Shown here piece after piece: positions 19,333 to 29,313 of a DNA stretch of 64,000 nt. The DNA is from a bacterium. GTDB lineage: Bacteria > UBA8248. A program made the position numbers and the translations under genes. Location: NCBI GenBank assembly GCA_963692865.2, contig OY843592.1:1-64000 (forward strand), given 5' to 3'. How positions within the stretch are numbered: position 1 is the first letter of the stretch; every line of letters begins with the position of its first letter. Under the pieces are notes generated by a model that worked only from the letters and a program-made list of their open reading frames with translations, searched no databases and was not told the DNA's origin.

Positions 19333-20520
19333 TTATATGGGGTTAAGCTGTTTCAGGGGGCTTTCGGCGGCCAGGCGGCGGGGGTCGGCCAACTGTCCGC
19401 ACGCCGCCAGGATGTCCCTCCCCCTGGCAGTGCGCGTGGTGGCCACCACGCCCGCCGCCAGGAGGATGCGGCGGAACGCCTCGACGCGCTCATCTTCGGG
19501 CCGCTCGAAGGCGACGCCCGGAAACGGATTCCAGGGGATGAGGTTCACCTTGCACTTGAGCCCCTCCAGAAGCCGAGAGAGCGCCTTCGCGTCCCGCCCG
19601 GAGTCGTTCACCCCCCGCAGCATGACGTATTCAAAGGTGATGCGGCGGCGCTCGCCGACCGGCAACTCCCGGCATTCATCGAGCAGCGCCCCGAGATTCC
19701 ACTTGCGGTTCACGGGCACGAGCTCCCCCCTGGTCGCATCGTCCGCCGCATGGAGCGATACCGCCAGACCCACGCCCGGAACGGCGGAGACGAAATCCTT
19801 CAACCTCGAAACGACCCCGACGGTCGATACGGTCAGCCTCCTCGCGCTGACGCAGTTCGCCCGCGGGTGCGTGAGGATTCTCACGGCCTTCACGGTGGCG
19901 TCGAAATTATCGAGCGGCTCCCCCATTCCCATGAACACGACGTTGTGAAAGCGCTCTCCAGAGGCGAGGAGGCTTCTCGCGGCGAGAAACTGGCCGACGA
20001 TTTCACCCGCCGTCAACTGCCTGAGGAAACCCATCTTCGCCGTGAGGCAAAACGCGCATCCCATGGCGCATCCCACCTGCGTGGAGACGCAAAGAGACCA
20101 CCGCATGACGCCGTTTACGTTTCTCATGGGTATCCGGACGCTCTCCACGCGCGCGCCGTCGTGAAGCCGCCACACGTATTTCTCCGTTCCGTCCGCGCTT
20201 CTGCTCTCCTGATCGAGCTGCAAGACCACCAGGCGGGCCGTTTCCGCCAGCTTCGCCCTGAAACCCTTGGGCGTATTGGTCATTCGGGAGAATTCGCTCA
20301 CGCCGTGGGCGTAGAGCCAGGAGAAAATCTGCCGGCCCCTGTAGGGGGGCTCCCCCATCTCCCCGCACATCGTAACGAGTTCCTCCTCATCCATGCCGAG
20401 AAGGTCGAGGGGCTCGGAGTTCGGCGTTCGACCCGCCGCGCCTGCTGCGATTTTTGATTTCTCGTCCTGTTTCATCAATGGACTCATGGTGTTATGGTTT
20501 GCCGATTTCGCTTCTCGCAT
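19333..20520 (-). CDS. rlmN: 23S rRNA/tRNA A2-methyltransferase (radical SAM); start uncertain
   Basis: CVSTQVGCAMGCAFC, VFMGMGEP, AACGQL. Confidence 0.95.
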   Translation of the reverse strand: MREAKSANHNTMSPLMKQDEKSKIAAGAAGRTPNSEPLDLLGMDEEELVTMCGEMGEPPYRGRQIFSWLYAHGVSEFSRMTNTPKGFRAKLAETARLVVLQLDQESRSADGTEKYVWRLHDGARVESVRIPMRNVNGVMRWSLCVSTQVGCAMGCAFCLTAKMGFLRQLTAGEIVGQFLAARSLLASGERFHNVVFMGMGEPLDNFDATVKAVRILTHPRANCVSARRLTVSTVGVVSRLKDFVSAVPGVGLAVSLHAADDATRGELVPVNRKWNLGALLDECRELPVGERRRITFEYVMLRGVNDSGRDAKALSRLLEGLKCKVNLIPWNPFPGVAFERPEDERVEAFRRILLAAGVVATTRTARGRDILAACGQLADPRRLAAESPLKQLNPI

Positions 20521-20563
20521 GAATCATATCATGGTTGTCCATGCCCCGGATGGAGATGCCCAC

Positions 20564-21199
20564 ATGGCCATACGCGCGCTTCTCTTGGACCACGACGGCA
20601 CGCTCGTCGACAGCTACGAGGGCATCGCCAAGTGCATGCGACTCATGTGCCGCGACCTGGGCGTGCCCGAAATGACGGACGAAGAGATTCTCGCGTCCAT
20701 CGGCCCCACGCTCGAAGAAAGATTCACCCAGCTGTGGGGGGAAGAGGCGGCCAACGAAGCGGTGCGCATCTACCGCTCCCATTACAAGGCGCATAACGCC
20801 GCGGGCACTCACATCATCCCCGGGGTGAAAAAAACGCTCGACACCCTCGCCCGCCGAGGGGTTCGGATGGCTTGCGTCTCGAACAAGGCATGGTTTTTCT
20901 GCAAGGAGCAACTGGAGCACGTCGGGCTTCTGCCCTACATTCAAGCGGTTTTCGGACACCGCCAGGGATACGCGCCGAAGCCGGACCCTGAAATGCTGTT
21001 CGCCGCCATCGAATCGCTTGGAGTCAACCCGGAGGAAGTCGTGATGGTCGGGGATACGACGACGGACCTGCAAGCCGCCAGAAACGCGTCCATCCCGGCA
21101 TGGATCATCAAGGGGAAATACTCCCGGCATGATGAGATTATGAAGTTAAACCCGGATAGATATTTAGGAAAAATAGAAGACATCCTGGACTTGTTGTGA
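20564..21199 (+). CDS. HAD-superfamily hydrolase (phosphoglycolate phosphatase-like)
   Basis: DHDGTLVDS, KPDP, MVGDT. Confidence 0.88.
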   Translation: MAIRALLLDHDGTLVDSYEGIAKCMRLMCRDLGVPEMTDEEILASIGPTLEERFTQLWGEEAANEAVRIYRSHYKAHNAAGTHIIPGVKKTLDTLARRGVRMACVSNKAWFFCKEQLEHVGLLPYIQAVFGHRQGYAPKPDPEMLFAAIESLGVNPEEVVMVGDTTTDLQAARNASIPAWIIKGKYSRHDEIMKLNPDRYLGKIEDILDLL

Positions 21200-21385
21200 T
21201 TTTTTCATCTTACCTCTTTCGCACCTCATGCCGGCCGCCCGTCTGGTGCAGGAGGTTCGCGGCGAATGGCGATGATGCATCGTTCTGAAATCACATTGCC
21301 AAACCGGAGGTGATTTCTATATTTTAACGAACAAAGAAGCGCCTCGACCGCGATACGCTGGAAACCAAACCAGACCGGAAATGGA

Positions 21386-22126
21386 ATGCCGACGAGAACT
21401 GCCTCACCTGCGACCCTGAAGCGGAAAGTCCTGAAACTGGCGGACAGGTTATCGTCCCGCTTCGGCAATCCAAAACGCAAAAAGCGAAGCAACCTCCTGG
21501 ACGCGCTTGTTGAAACCCTGCTCTCGCAGAGCACGACCGATCACAACCGCGACATGGCGTTCGATTCCCTGAAAAAAACGTTCGCCGGCTGGGATGAAGT
21601 CGCCGACGCTCCTCAAGAATCTCTCGCCCGCGCAATCCGTTCGGCTGGATTGGGGAATCAAAAAGCCGGGAGAATCCGCGATTTTCTCAGATGGCTTCGC
21701 GAGGACCGTGGTGAACTATGCCTGGAGTTCCTGCATGGTGAAGCGGATGATTTCGCCGTGCGGTATCTTACCCAGCACAAAGGCATCGGCATTAAAACCG
21801 CTTATGTCACCTTGATGCTGGCCTCCAATCGGGATTTGTTCCCCATCGACGTCCACATTCACCGGATCATGATTCGGCTGGGCATCATCTCGGAGAAAAC
21901 CACGCCTGAAAAATCTCACCCGGTGCTTGCGCCACTCATTCCAAAAGGCCGTGCGCACGAATTACACATGAACATGCTGAATTTCGGTCGAACCATTTGC
22001 ACCGCCCGCAATCCCAAATGCAACGCTTGTGACATGAGGCGAATGTGCCCCTATTATAAAGACAAGAACCCGGGAAAACCCAAAGGCGGAGAAATTCATC
22101 TTTCGCAAAAGCAAGTCAGCCCATGA
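21386..22126 (+). CDS. nth: Endonuclease III-family HhH-GPD DNA glycosylase
   Basis: LLSQSTTD, GIGIKTA, PIDVHIHR, CTARNPKCNACDMRRMC. Confidence 0.85.
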   Translation: MPTRTASPATLKRKVLKLADRLSSRFGNPKRKKRSNLLDALVETLLSQSTTDHNRDMAFDSLKKTFAGWDEVADAPQESLARAIRSAGLGNQKAGRIRDFLRWLREDRGELCLEFLHGEADDFAVRYLTQHKGIGIKTAYVTLMLASNRDLFPIDVHIHRIMIRLGIISEKTTPEKSHPVLAPLIPKGRAHELHMNMLNFGRTICTARNPKCNACDMRRMCPYYKDKNPGKPKGGEIHLSQKQVSP

Positions 22127-23019
22127 AATGGATCCAATGGATTGGGCCGGGCGAACTGCTGGCCATCGCATCTTCCATCACATTCTCCGTAGCGCAGACT
22201 TTTCTCAGACAGGGAATGCGAAGCGTATCGCCGCTGGCCACCGCTTTGATAGTCAATGGAATCGTAAGCCTGGGCGGCCTCACGATATCCCTGCTGAACG
22301 GCGCGCTCCTCGCATCCAAGGCGGAAGCGATCTTCTGGTACGCCGCCGTGGGCGTCGCGGGTCCCACCATTGGAAGATACTGCTACCTGGTGGGCGTCTC
22401 CCGTATCGGGCTCAGCCGCACCGTGCCCATTTCATCAGCGGCCCCTATCTGGGGAACTCTTTTCGCAATCCTGCTTTTGGGAGAAAGGCCGACAACCATG
22501 GTCTTACTCGGCACCCTGGGTATCGTCATCGGGGTATCCATTCTCGGGATACAGGACGATAAATCGCAATCTTTCAAAAGCTGGTTTCGAGGAGCGCTCA
22601 TATTCCCGCTCGCCGCATCACTGGCGTACGCCATAGCGCCCATCTTCGCCAAGCTCGCATATACACACCAGATGACGCCGAGCGTCGGCATGGCCGTCTC
22701 TTTCGCCACGGCCAATTGCATTCTTCTCGTCACCAAGCCCATTCTGCCCGGCCAAAGCGACATCCGTGGGGACAGGAGAGGACTCATATGGGTGGGAGGC
22801 GCAGGCGCCATCGGCATTTGCAGTTCATTCATGCTCTGGACGGCCTTCACGATGGCGAGCGTTTCCACCGCTCTGCCCCTGAGCCGGATCGCGCCGATTT
22901 GGGTGTTGATACTGAGCTATTTCTTCCTGGGGAAACTCGAAACGATCAACAGCAAAACCGTTCTGGCCACGATTTGCGTCGTCGCAGGCGGCGTGCTGAT
23001 CACCGCCTTCAGGAACTGA
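22123..23019 (+). CDS. EamA/DMT-family transporter
   Basis: ~10 hydrophobic helices in two repeats, LLGER motif. Confidence 0.85.
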   Translation: MKWIQWIGPGELLAIASSITFSVAQTFLRQGMRSVSPLATALIVNGIVSLGGLTISLLNGALLASKAEAIFWYAAVGVAGPTIGRYCYLVGVSRIGLSRTVPISSAAPIWGTLFAILLLGERPTTMVLLGTLGIVIGVSILGIQDDKSQSFKSWFRGALIFPLAASLAYAIAPIFAKLAYTHQMTPSVGMAVSFATANCILLVTKPILPGQSDIRGDRRGLIWVGGAGAIGICSSFMLWTAFTMASVSTALPLSRIAPIWVLILSYFFLGKLETINSKTVLATICVVAGGVLITAFRN

Positions 23020-23080
23020 CCCTCAAACAGCGCGCAAAGCACCGGATCCCTCGGCCGGATTTTCCCCTTCCGGCAATACC

Positions 23081-24334
23081 CTACCTTCCCGCCGCCGCCT
23101 CGGCGACGCGGGGGGAATAAATGAGGTCATCCGCCTGGGGCGGATCTTCGAGGAAACCCGCCGCTTTCAGCGTCAAAACGTCGTTCGTGCCGTCAGAGTG
23201 CAGGAAGCTCAAGGCGTCGCGCATGAGTTTTTCGATGGGATTTTTGCGCATGTACCCCGCCGCTCCCCAAAACTCCATCGCCTCCTGGCAGACCTGTACG
23301 GCGGACTCGGACGCGAACACCTTGCTCAGCATCGCATTCTTCCGGTCCATCTCCTCGAGTTGGGTGGACCACGCCGTCCGCCACAAATAAGAACGAGAGG
23401 CCTCTATCTTCATCGCCATGCGCGCCAGTCTTATTTGCTGAAGTTGATGATCGAGCAAAGGCACGCTTCCCTGGATTCTGGCGTGCCCGTATTGCAAAGA
23501 CAGGTCATACGCGCGCTGCGCCACCCCCAGGACGGTGGCGCCCGCCTGGATGTTGCTCCCGTGCCTGATGAACAAATTGGCCAGCGCCGGCAGAGCTTGC
23601 CCCACTTCCCCGATCTGGTCTTCCGCCGGAACCTCCACGTCGTGAAACTCCAGCGTGCCGTTCTGAACGCACCGCTGGCCGAGTTTGTCCCATACTTCGG
23701 TTACCGCAAAACCCTTGGCGTCCGAGGGAACCAGAAAGGCCGTGAGGCTGTTCATCATCGGATTGCTCTTATCCGTGCGCGCGGCGATTTGGTAGACCTT
23801 GGCGAGTCCCCCATTGGAGATATAGCGCTTCGTGCCGTTCAAAACCCAGCGGTCTCCTTTTTTCTCGGCATACGTCTGTATTCCGGCGCCGGGCTGCTGG
23901 TTCGGCCAGACGTTGTCGCTGCCCGCCATGGGTTCCGTCCAGGCCGTCGCCAGAATACACTCGTCATCATCCATGATTTTGGGAAGCCACCGGCTTTTCT
24001 GCTCATCGTTCGCCATGTTGGCAATCGAGGTCATGATCTTCCACGTCTGATCGAATGCGACGGCGAGTCCCAAATCCCCGTAGGCCAGCGTCTCACCCAC
24101 GATGGCGCAGGAAAGCACGTCGGCGCCTTCGCCTCCAAATTCCTTCGGGACGGTAAGCGTCCTCAAGCCGCGCCTCGAGCCTTCCCTGATGACCTCCCAG
24201 TTAAAGGATTCTTCGGGATCCTGAATGCGGTCCGCGACCTCGGCGGCGGGAATCATGACTTCGGTGGCGAATCTTTTCGCGGTATCTCTGAGTTCCATTT
24301 GCCGGGGGGTAAGCTGGAAATCGACCATCTGCAT
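23081..24334 (-). CDS. Acyl-CoA dehydrogenase family protein
   Basis: TEPMAGSD, LNGTKRYISNG, GAAGY...IEKLMRDA...DGTND. Confidence 0.92.
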   Translation of the reverse strand: MQMVDFQLTPRQMELRDTAKRFATEVMIPAAEVADRIQDPEESFNWEVIREGSRRGLRTLTVPKEFGGEGADVLSCAIVGETLAYGDLGLAVAFDQTWKIMTSIANMANDEQKSRWLPKIMDDDECILATAWTEPMAGSDNVWPNQQPGAGIQTYAEKKGDRWVLNGTKRYISNGGLAKVYQIAARTDKSNPMMNSLTAFLVPSDAKGFAVTEVWDKLGQRCVQNGTLEFHDVEVPAEDQIGEVGQALPALANLFIRHGSNIQAGATVLGVAQRAYDLSLQYGHARIQGSVPLLDHQLQQIRLARMAMKIEASRSYLWRTAWSTQLEEMDRKNAMLSKVFASESAVQVCQEAMEFWGAAGYMRKNPIEKLMRDALSFLHSDGTNDVLTLKAAGFLEDPPQADDLIYSPRVAEAAAGR

Positions 24335-24443
24335 TATCCTCCAAGAGAAAAATCGTCATGGCGATTCAGACGCGAACCATCATGCCGAGAAAGTCCCGCC
24401 GATGCTCCTCCGCTTTTTTCAGATCGCAGGATATTCGCGCATT

Positions 24444-24842
24444 CTAATGGGCCGAGGGATTCTCGCACAACTCGATGCGTATGTTCCCCGGTCCCCTGAC
24501 GTAGGCGATCATCCGCCCCCCGATGCCGCGGCGCACGGGCTCCACCATAATCTCCGCCCCTCTCGCTCTCAGCCATTCCACCGCGGCTTCCACGTCCGGC
24601 ACGCCGAAGCCGAAATGATCCAGCCCCTGCACCAGTTCCGGCCCTACGGAATCGGGCGTCTCTTCCGGCCGGACGCCGCGCGCGAATATCATCAAGCGGC
24701 CAATCCGAATCGCCGCATTGGGCGAACCCTTGAAGTCCTCGTCGTAGCGGACGATTTCCGCGTCGAATGTATTTCGGAAATAATCGGCAAACGCCCTCAC
24801 GTCCGCACACACGTAGTGGATATGATCAAAGCCGAATTCCAT
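24444..24842 (-). CDS. VOC/glyoxalase-family protein
   Basis: FDHIHY, LDHFGFGVPD, GPGNIRIEL. Confidence 0.85.
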   Translation of the reverse strand: MEFGFDHIHYVCADVRAFADYFRNTFDAEIVRYDEDFKGSPNAAIRIGRLMIFARGVRPEETPDSVGPELVQGLDHFGFGVPDVEAAVEWLRARGAEIMVEPVRRGIGGRMIAYVRGPGNIRIELCENPSAH

Positions 24843-24862
24843 GACACTCCTCAAGTATAAGA

Positions 24863-26572
24863 TTACGGCGTAATGATGATCGGTGAGTCCTCGGGACCGG
24901 TTTCTTCCGAAACGCCCCCTTCCTCGACATCCTCTTCCCGCACCTCCCCTTCCTCGCCCTGAGATTCGCGTACCTGGCGGATAATCCTATCCAGCATGAC
25001 GCTGATGGAATACTGAACCATTTCGACGAATAGCGGCGCGGGTTCATCCGCAGCCGTTCGCACTTCATCCGCCAACGTCACGCATTCACGGGCCATCGCC
25101 TCATCGCCCGCTCGATGGAATATGTATCCATTGTCCTCCAGTTGGCCCGAAATACGCTCGCGCAACGCCGCATCCTGAAACATTTCTTTCGCGCCGTTTT
25201 CCACGATTTGCAGAAGACGCTCTTCTTTCTGCCTTTCGTCCAGCGCCACCTGACTTTCCATCGATTCCAAAAATTCCTGAAAATACGGCTCCACGCGCTC
25301 TACATCCATCAACCAACCCCAAAAAGGCCGATGGGAGAACATCGTGCGCGCTTCCATCCTGCTCTCGTCCTCTTCCAGAGGACTCACTATCGCGCGGACA
25401 GGGTGCGGCCCCTCCAGGGGATACGCGTCGGCCTCCGACAAGGGATCGAGCATGAGTTTCGAATGCGTAAAACCGCGCGGCAGCGGCGTTTCCGCCTCTT
25501 CGTTCTCGCGCTGGCCGCGCTCCAGAAGCCAGATGGCGTATCCGGCGGGCACTTCATACGAAGCCAGGGTGGAAATTTCCGAAATCCGGCGGAAAACATC
25601 GCGCACCTCCTTCGCGCTCATTTCCGCATCGGTGAACTCGACGATACCCCGGCCCCGATGCAGCCGCGCTTGCACCAGATACCTCCCCCGGGGAACCCGG
25701 GAGCGAGCGAGCCACAACAGCATCTGTCCGCGTCCATCCACGGCGCTCGCCACCGCATGAACATAATCGGGATACCCGGTCCGCTGGGCGGTGCGAACGC
25801 CCGTATCGGGCAATTTTTCAATTTCAACGCCTTTGTTCTTCAAGCGAAACAACGCTTTGCGAATTCGCGACGACGTATCTTTGTCCCTGGTGGATTCGGA
25901 GAGCTTTTGAAGCGCAACCGCGGCGTCTTGCGTAGCCGTCTCCGCCAGGAGCTGAATGAAAAATGCGGGCGGCGGCGACCCCTCCCGGGCCATCGCCTCA
26001 ACCAGGACGAGCGAGGTTTCTTCCGTACCCTCACCCATACTCTCCAGGCCGTCACGCAATACCACTTCCTGCAGAAAAGAAGGCAGGTCCTTCAACGACG
26101 ATACGATGGACTCCGCGGATTCAAGCGTGAGAAGAGCATTCCCGCTGAGTTTCTCGGAAATTTCCTGCGCCCGGCTTAAATTTTCGCCATCGAAACCCGC
26201 CGGCAATCCGACTTCCGCATCCAACGCCCGAATCGTCTCGAAGAGCGCCGTGAGCCCCGGTATCGACCAGCGCATCGTTCGAACAAGAGATACGAGCCTT
26301 TGCACGACGGATGGGTCGCCCAGTTCGCGCAGGGCGAGAAGTGTGGGAATGCGGCCCTCCGGCGTCGTGGAGGAGAGGTGGTTCAATACGCCGGCGAGCC
26401 CGACCTCCCCCATTTCCCTGATTTCGTCCATAAGAGGCGCAGGCGCCATGGCGCCCGGCGGAGCCGGTTCGGTAAACGACGCTTCCAGGCCTGCCGCTAT
26501 GGCGATGGCCCGGCTTAAATCTTCCTTGGAAAAATTTTTTTTCGAGGCTTGCGCCCTCGCTTTCTTCGCCAA
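24863..26572 (-). CDS. Hypothetical helical-repeat (HEAT-like) protein
   Basis: TTG start after AGGAG; LALRELGDPSVV and RIRKALFRLK segments. Confidence 0.7.
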   Translation of the reverse strand: MAKKARAQASKKNFSKEDLSRAIAIAAGLEASFTEPAPPGAMAPAPLMDEIREMGEVGLAGVLNHLSSTTPEGRIPTLLALRELGDPSVVQRLVSLVRTMRWSIPGLTALFETIRALDAEVGLPAGFDGENLSRAQEISEKLSGNALLTLESAESIVSSLKDLPSFLQEVVLRDGLESMGEGTEETSLVLVEAMAREGSPPPAFFIQLLAETATQDAAVALQKLSESTRDKDTSSRIRKALFRLKNKGVEIEKLPDTGVRTAQRTGYPDYVHAVASAVDGRGQMLLWLARSRVPRGRYLVQARLHRGRGIVEFTDAEMSAKEVRDVFRRISEISTLASYEVPAGYAIWLLERGQRENEEAETPLPRGFTHSKLMLDPLSEADAYPLEGPHPVRAIVSPLEEDESRMEARTMFSHRPFWGWLMDVERVEPYFQEFLESMESQVALDERQKEERLLQIVENGAKEMFQDAALRERISGQLEDNGYIFHRAGDEAMARECVTLADEVRTAADEPAPLFVEMVQYSISVMLDRIIRQVRESQGEEGEVREEDVEEGGVSEETGPEDSPIIITP

Positions 26573-26729
26573 AACGTATCTCCTGAAAAAATGTCTAAAA
26601 TACGAATCATCAGCGGGCGCAATGCTTACTGTCAAGACGAAGGAGAAAAGCGCCGTTATGTCTTTTCGCTTTTGCCAACCGCAACGCACACGTGCCACAA
26701 TCGCCGAAATTTCGACCCTGGGAGATAAT

Positions 26730-27719
26730 GTGCCCCTTCGATTCGCCCACTGCGGTGATTTCCATCTCGGCTACGACTTCGGCTACCTCCCGCCCCGCAA
26801 AGCAGCGGCGCGGCAAGCCGATATCCGGATAGCGTTTTTCCGCTCCGTTCGCGAAACGCTCAAATGGGGCGCGGAGGTCTTCCTCGTTTCGGGGGATCTG
26901 TTCGATACCCCCCATCCAAGCGCTCGTGACGTCGAAATCGTCTCGAAGAACCTCGCGCATTTATCCAAAAAAGGGGTGCGTTGTTTCGCCATACCCGGCA
27001 ACCATGACCCGATGCGTCCAAACTCCGTGTGGAATCGGCCCGAAATTCTGAACAACATTCATCTTTTTCATGGCGACCCCGCCGCCGGGCCGGCGCAAGC
27101 GAACGTCGCCGATCTCAATCTGACGATTGCCGGAATCCCCTGGGACACCAAAGACGCCTTCAAACCGCCTTTGCAGGAAATCCTCACGCGCGAGTTCCGA
27201 TTGAACGACAGGTCCATCCTGCTCCTGCACGGCTCGGAAGCCGCTCTGGCCGCCGAACACCCGGCGTTCAAGGAACATCCATTCGAGGCCGATGAATTGA
27301 AGCGTCTGCCCTTCGGGTACGTGGCCATAGGCCATTACCACAAGCCAGTGGACGTCGCCCGTTGGAGCGGCGGCGGCGCATGCTACAGCGGCTCGCCTGA
27401 AGGATTGCGCTTCAGCGATCACAATCTGGGGGAGCGCTCCATCGTTCTGGGAGAGATGGACGAGCGAGGCTCCCTGGTTCGACTCGAACGAAAACCCATC
27501 AACGCGCGCACCATGAAAACGCTTTCATATTCCGCCGGAGACGGGACCACGGCGGACGACTGGTTTCGGGCTATTGACGACATGAGAGACCCCGATACCC
27601 TGTTGCGGGTGCGCGTTCCCAAACAAAACGGCGATCAACAAAGACGGGCGGAAATTCTCCTGTCCGCGCTGGGTCCTGATTTTTTCTATCTGGACATCAT
27701 TTGGGAATCGCCCTCGTGA
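26730..27719 (+). CDS. SbcD/Mre11-like metallophosphoesterase (DNA repair exonuclease)
   Basis: GDFHLG, SGDLFD, PGNHD, LLHG, GHYH, YSGSPE. Confidence 0.88.
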   Translation: MPLRFAHCGDFHLGYDFGYLPPRKAAARQADIRIAFFRSVRETLKWGAEVFLVSGDLFDTPHPSARDVEIVSKNLAHLSKKGVRCFAIPGNHDPMRPNSVWNRPEILNNIHLFHGDPAAGPAQANVADLNLTIAGIPWDTKDAFKPPLQEILTREFRLNDRSILLLHGSEAALAAEHPAFKEHPFEADELKRLPFGYVAIGHYHKPVDVARWSGGGACYSGSPEGLRFSDHNLGERSIVLGEMDERGSLVRLERKPINARTMKTLSYSAGDGTTADDWFRAIDDMRDPDTLLRVRVPKQNGDQQRRAEILLSALGPDFFYLDIIWESPS

Positions 27720-28504
27720 GCAAGAGCACCTGGTGCGACGTCGCTTTCTCTCACCCGGAAATCCCCGCCAGGCTCAACGACGCGCATCGGGCGCGCGGAG
27801 GAGATGCGCAAAACATCTTGTGCGTCGTGATCGACATCCTGAGAGCCACGACGAACATCGCCGCCATCCTGGAGAACGGCTGTACCGAGATACATCCGTG
27901 CGCCTCTCCGGAAGCGGCGCTTGCGCTGGCGGAAAAGCTGCGGCTTCGCCATGGTCCCGAAAAAATCATCCTGGGCGGAGAGCAAGACGGCAAGCCCATT
28001 GACGGGTTTGACGGGGGAAACTCGCCGCTCGAATACACGCGCCGAAGAATCGGCGGCAAGACCCTGATACTCTCAACGAGCAACGGAACCAAAACACTCT
28101 CCGCCGCAGGGGGTTGCGGAGAAGTCTTCACCGCCGCTTTCGTGAACGTCACCGCCGCCGCCGAACGGGCCGCGTCCGTTCTCGATGCCAACCCGAACCA
28201 GTCCCTCTTGATCGCCTGCTCGGGCCGCGAAGGCGCCTATAGCGAAGAAGACGCCGTTGGGGCGGGCATGCTGCTACAAATCCTGTCCGCACATATTGAG
28301 AAGCCGGAACTATCCGACACCGCTCGCGCGGCTTTGCACGTCGCTCGAGGAGCCGAAAAAAACCTGGAGAAGATGCTTTTTCACAGTTGGTGGGGCAGAC
28401 ACCTGTCGTCTCTGGGTCTTGATGAGGACATATCGTTCTGCGCCCGGAAGGATATTATGCGCATCGTTCCCAAAGTCGATAACGGGGTCATCCGGATAAG
28501 TTAA
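27716..28504 (+). CDS. comB: 2-phosphosulfolactate phosphatase family protein
   Basis: VIDILRATT, GNSPLE, STSNGT, EDAVGAG. Confidence 0.88.
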   Translation: MSKSTWCDVAFSHPEIPARLNDAHRARGGDAQNILCVVIDILRATTNIAAILENGCTEIHPCASPEAALALAEKLRLRHGPEKIILGGEQDGKPIDGFDGGNSPLEYTRRRIGGKTLILSTSNGTKTLSAAGGCGEVFTAAFVNVTAAAERAASVLDANPNQSLLIACSGREGAYSEEDAVGAGMLLQILSAHIEKPELSDTARAALHVARGAEKNLEKMLFHSWWGRHLSSLGLDEDISFCARKDIMRIVPKVDNGVIRIS

Positions 28505-29313
28505 TTCATATCCTCCGTATCGAACACCGCTTCCACAACGTCCCGCGCATCCTGTGAACCGGCGCCGGGTTTCAAATGGAGAAAGAATTCCCGGTTCCCC
28601 TTCGCGCCCGGAATCATGCTCGAAGCGACCCCCTGGGGAGACAATCCCATCCGGTGCGTTTCCTCCCAGGTGCGGAGGAGCACTTCGCGGTGAAGCTCCG
28701 GGTCGCGAACGATCCCTCCCTTGCCGACACGTCCTTTCCCGACTTCGAATTGCGGTTTGACGAGAGCGAGCATCTCCCCGCCACCTTCGAGCAAGTCATG
28801 AACCGGCCCGAGAACCTTCACGACGGAGATGAACGAAACGTCCACGACGCATAAACCAGGCCTCTCATCCCCGGCCAATTTCTGAAATATCTCAGGCGTC
28901 AGGCGCCTGGCGTTCACACCCTCCAAAAGAGTGACCCTTGGGTCATTCCTCAGTTTCCAGTCAATCAAACCCTTGCCCACGTCCACCGACGCAACGCGGC
29001 GGGCGCCTCGGGTGAGTAGCACGTCGGTGAATCCACCGGTAGACGCGCCCACGTCCATGCAATACCTCTCCAGGGGGTCGACGCCGAAAAAATCCAGCGC
29101 GCCTGCGAGTTTCAGGCCTCCCCGGCTCACATAGGGACAAGGGTTTTCCTTGAGGGAGATGGACGCTTCTTCGGGAAATAAAGAACCCGCCTTCAAGGCG
29201 GATTCGCCGTCGACACTCACCAGACCGGCCAAAATCAGGCTGCGCGCACGCTCCCGGCTGGGAGCCAGCGCACGTTCAACGAGTAGTTTATCGAGCCTCT
29301 GTTTTTTTGCCAT
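28501..29313 (-). CDS. tlyA: TlyA rRNA 2'-O-methyltransferase
   Basis: S4 domain, YVSRGGLKL, DVGASTGGFTD, LVKPQFE. Confidence 0.95.
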   Translation of the reverse strand: MAKKQRLDKLLVERALAPSRERARSLILAGLVSVDGESALKAGSLFPEEASISLKENPCPYVSRGGLKLAGALDFFGVDPLERYCMDVGASTGGFTDVLLTRGARRVASVDVGKGLIDWKLRNDPRVTLLEGVNARRLTPEIFQKLAGDERPGLCVVDVSFISVVKVLGPVHDLLEGGGEMLALVKPQFEVGKGRVGKGGIVRDPELHREVLLRTWEETHRMGLSPQGVASSMIPGAKGNREFFLHLKPGAGSQDARDVVEAVFDTEDMN

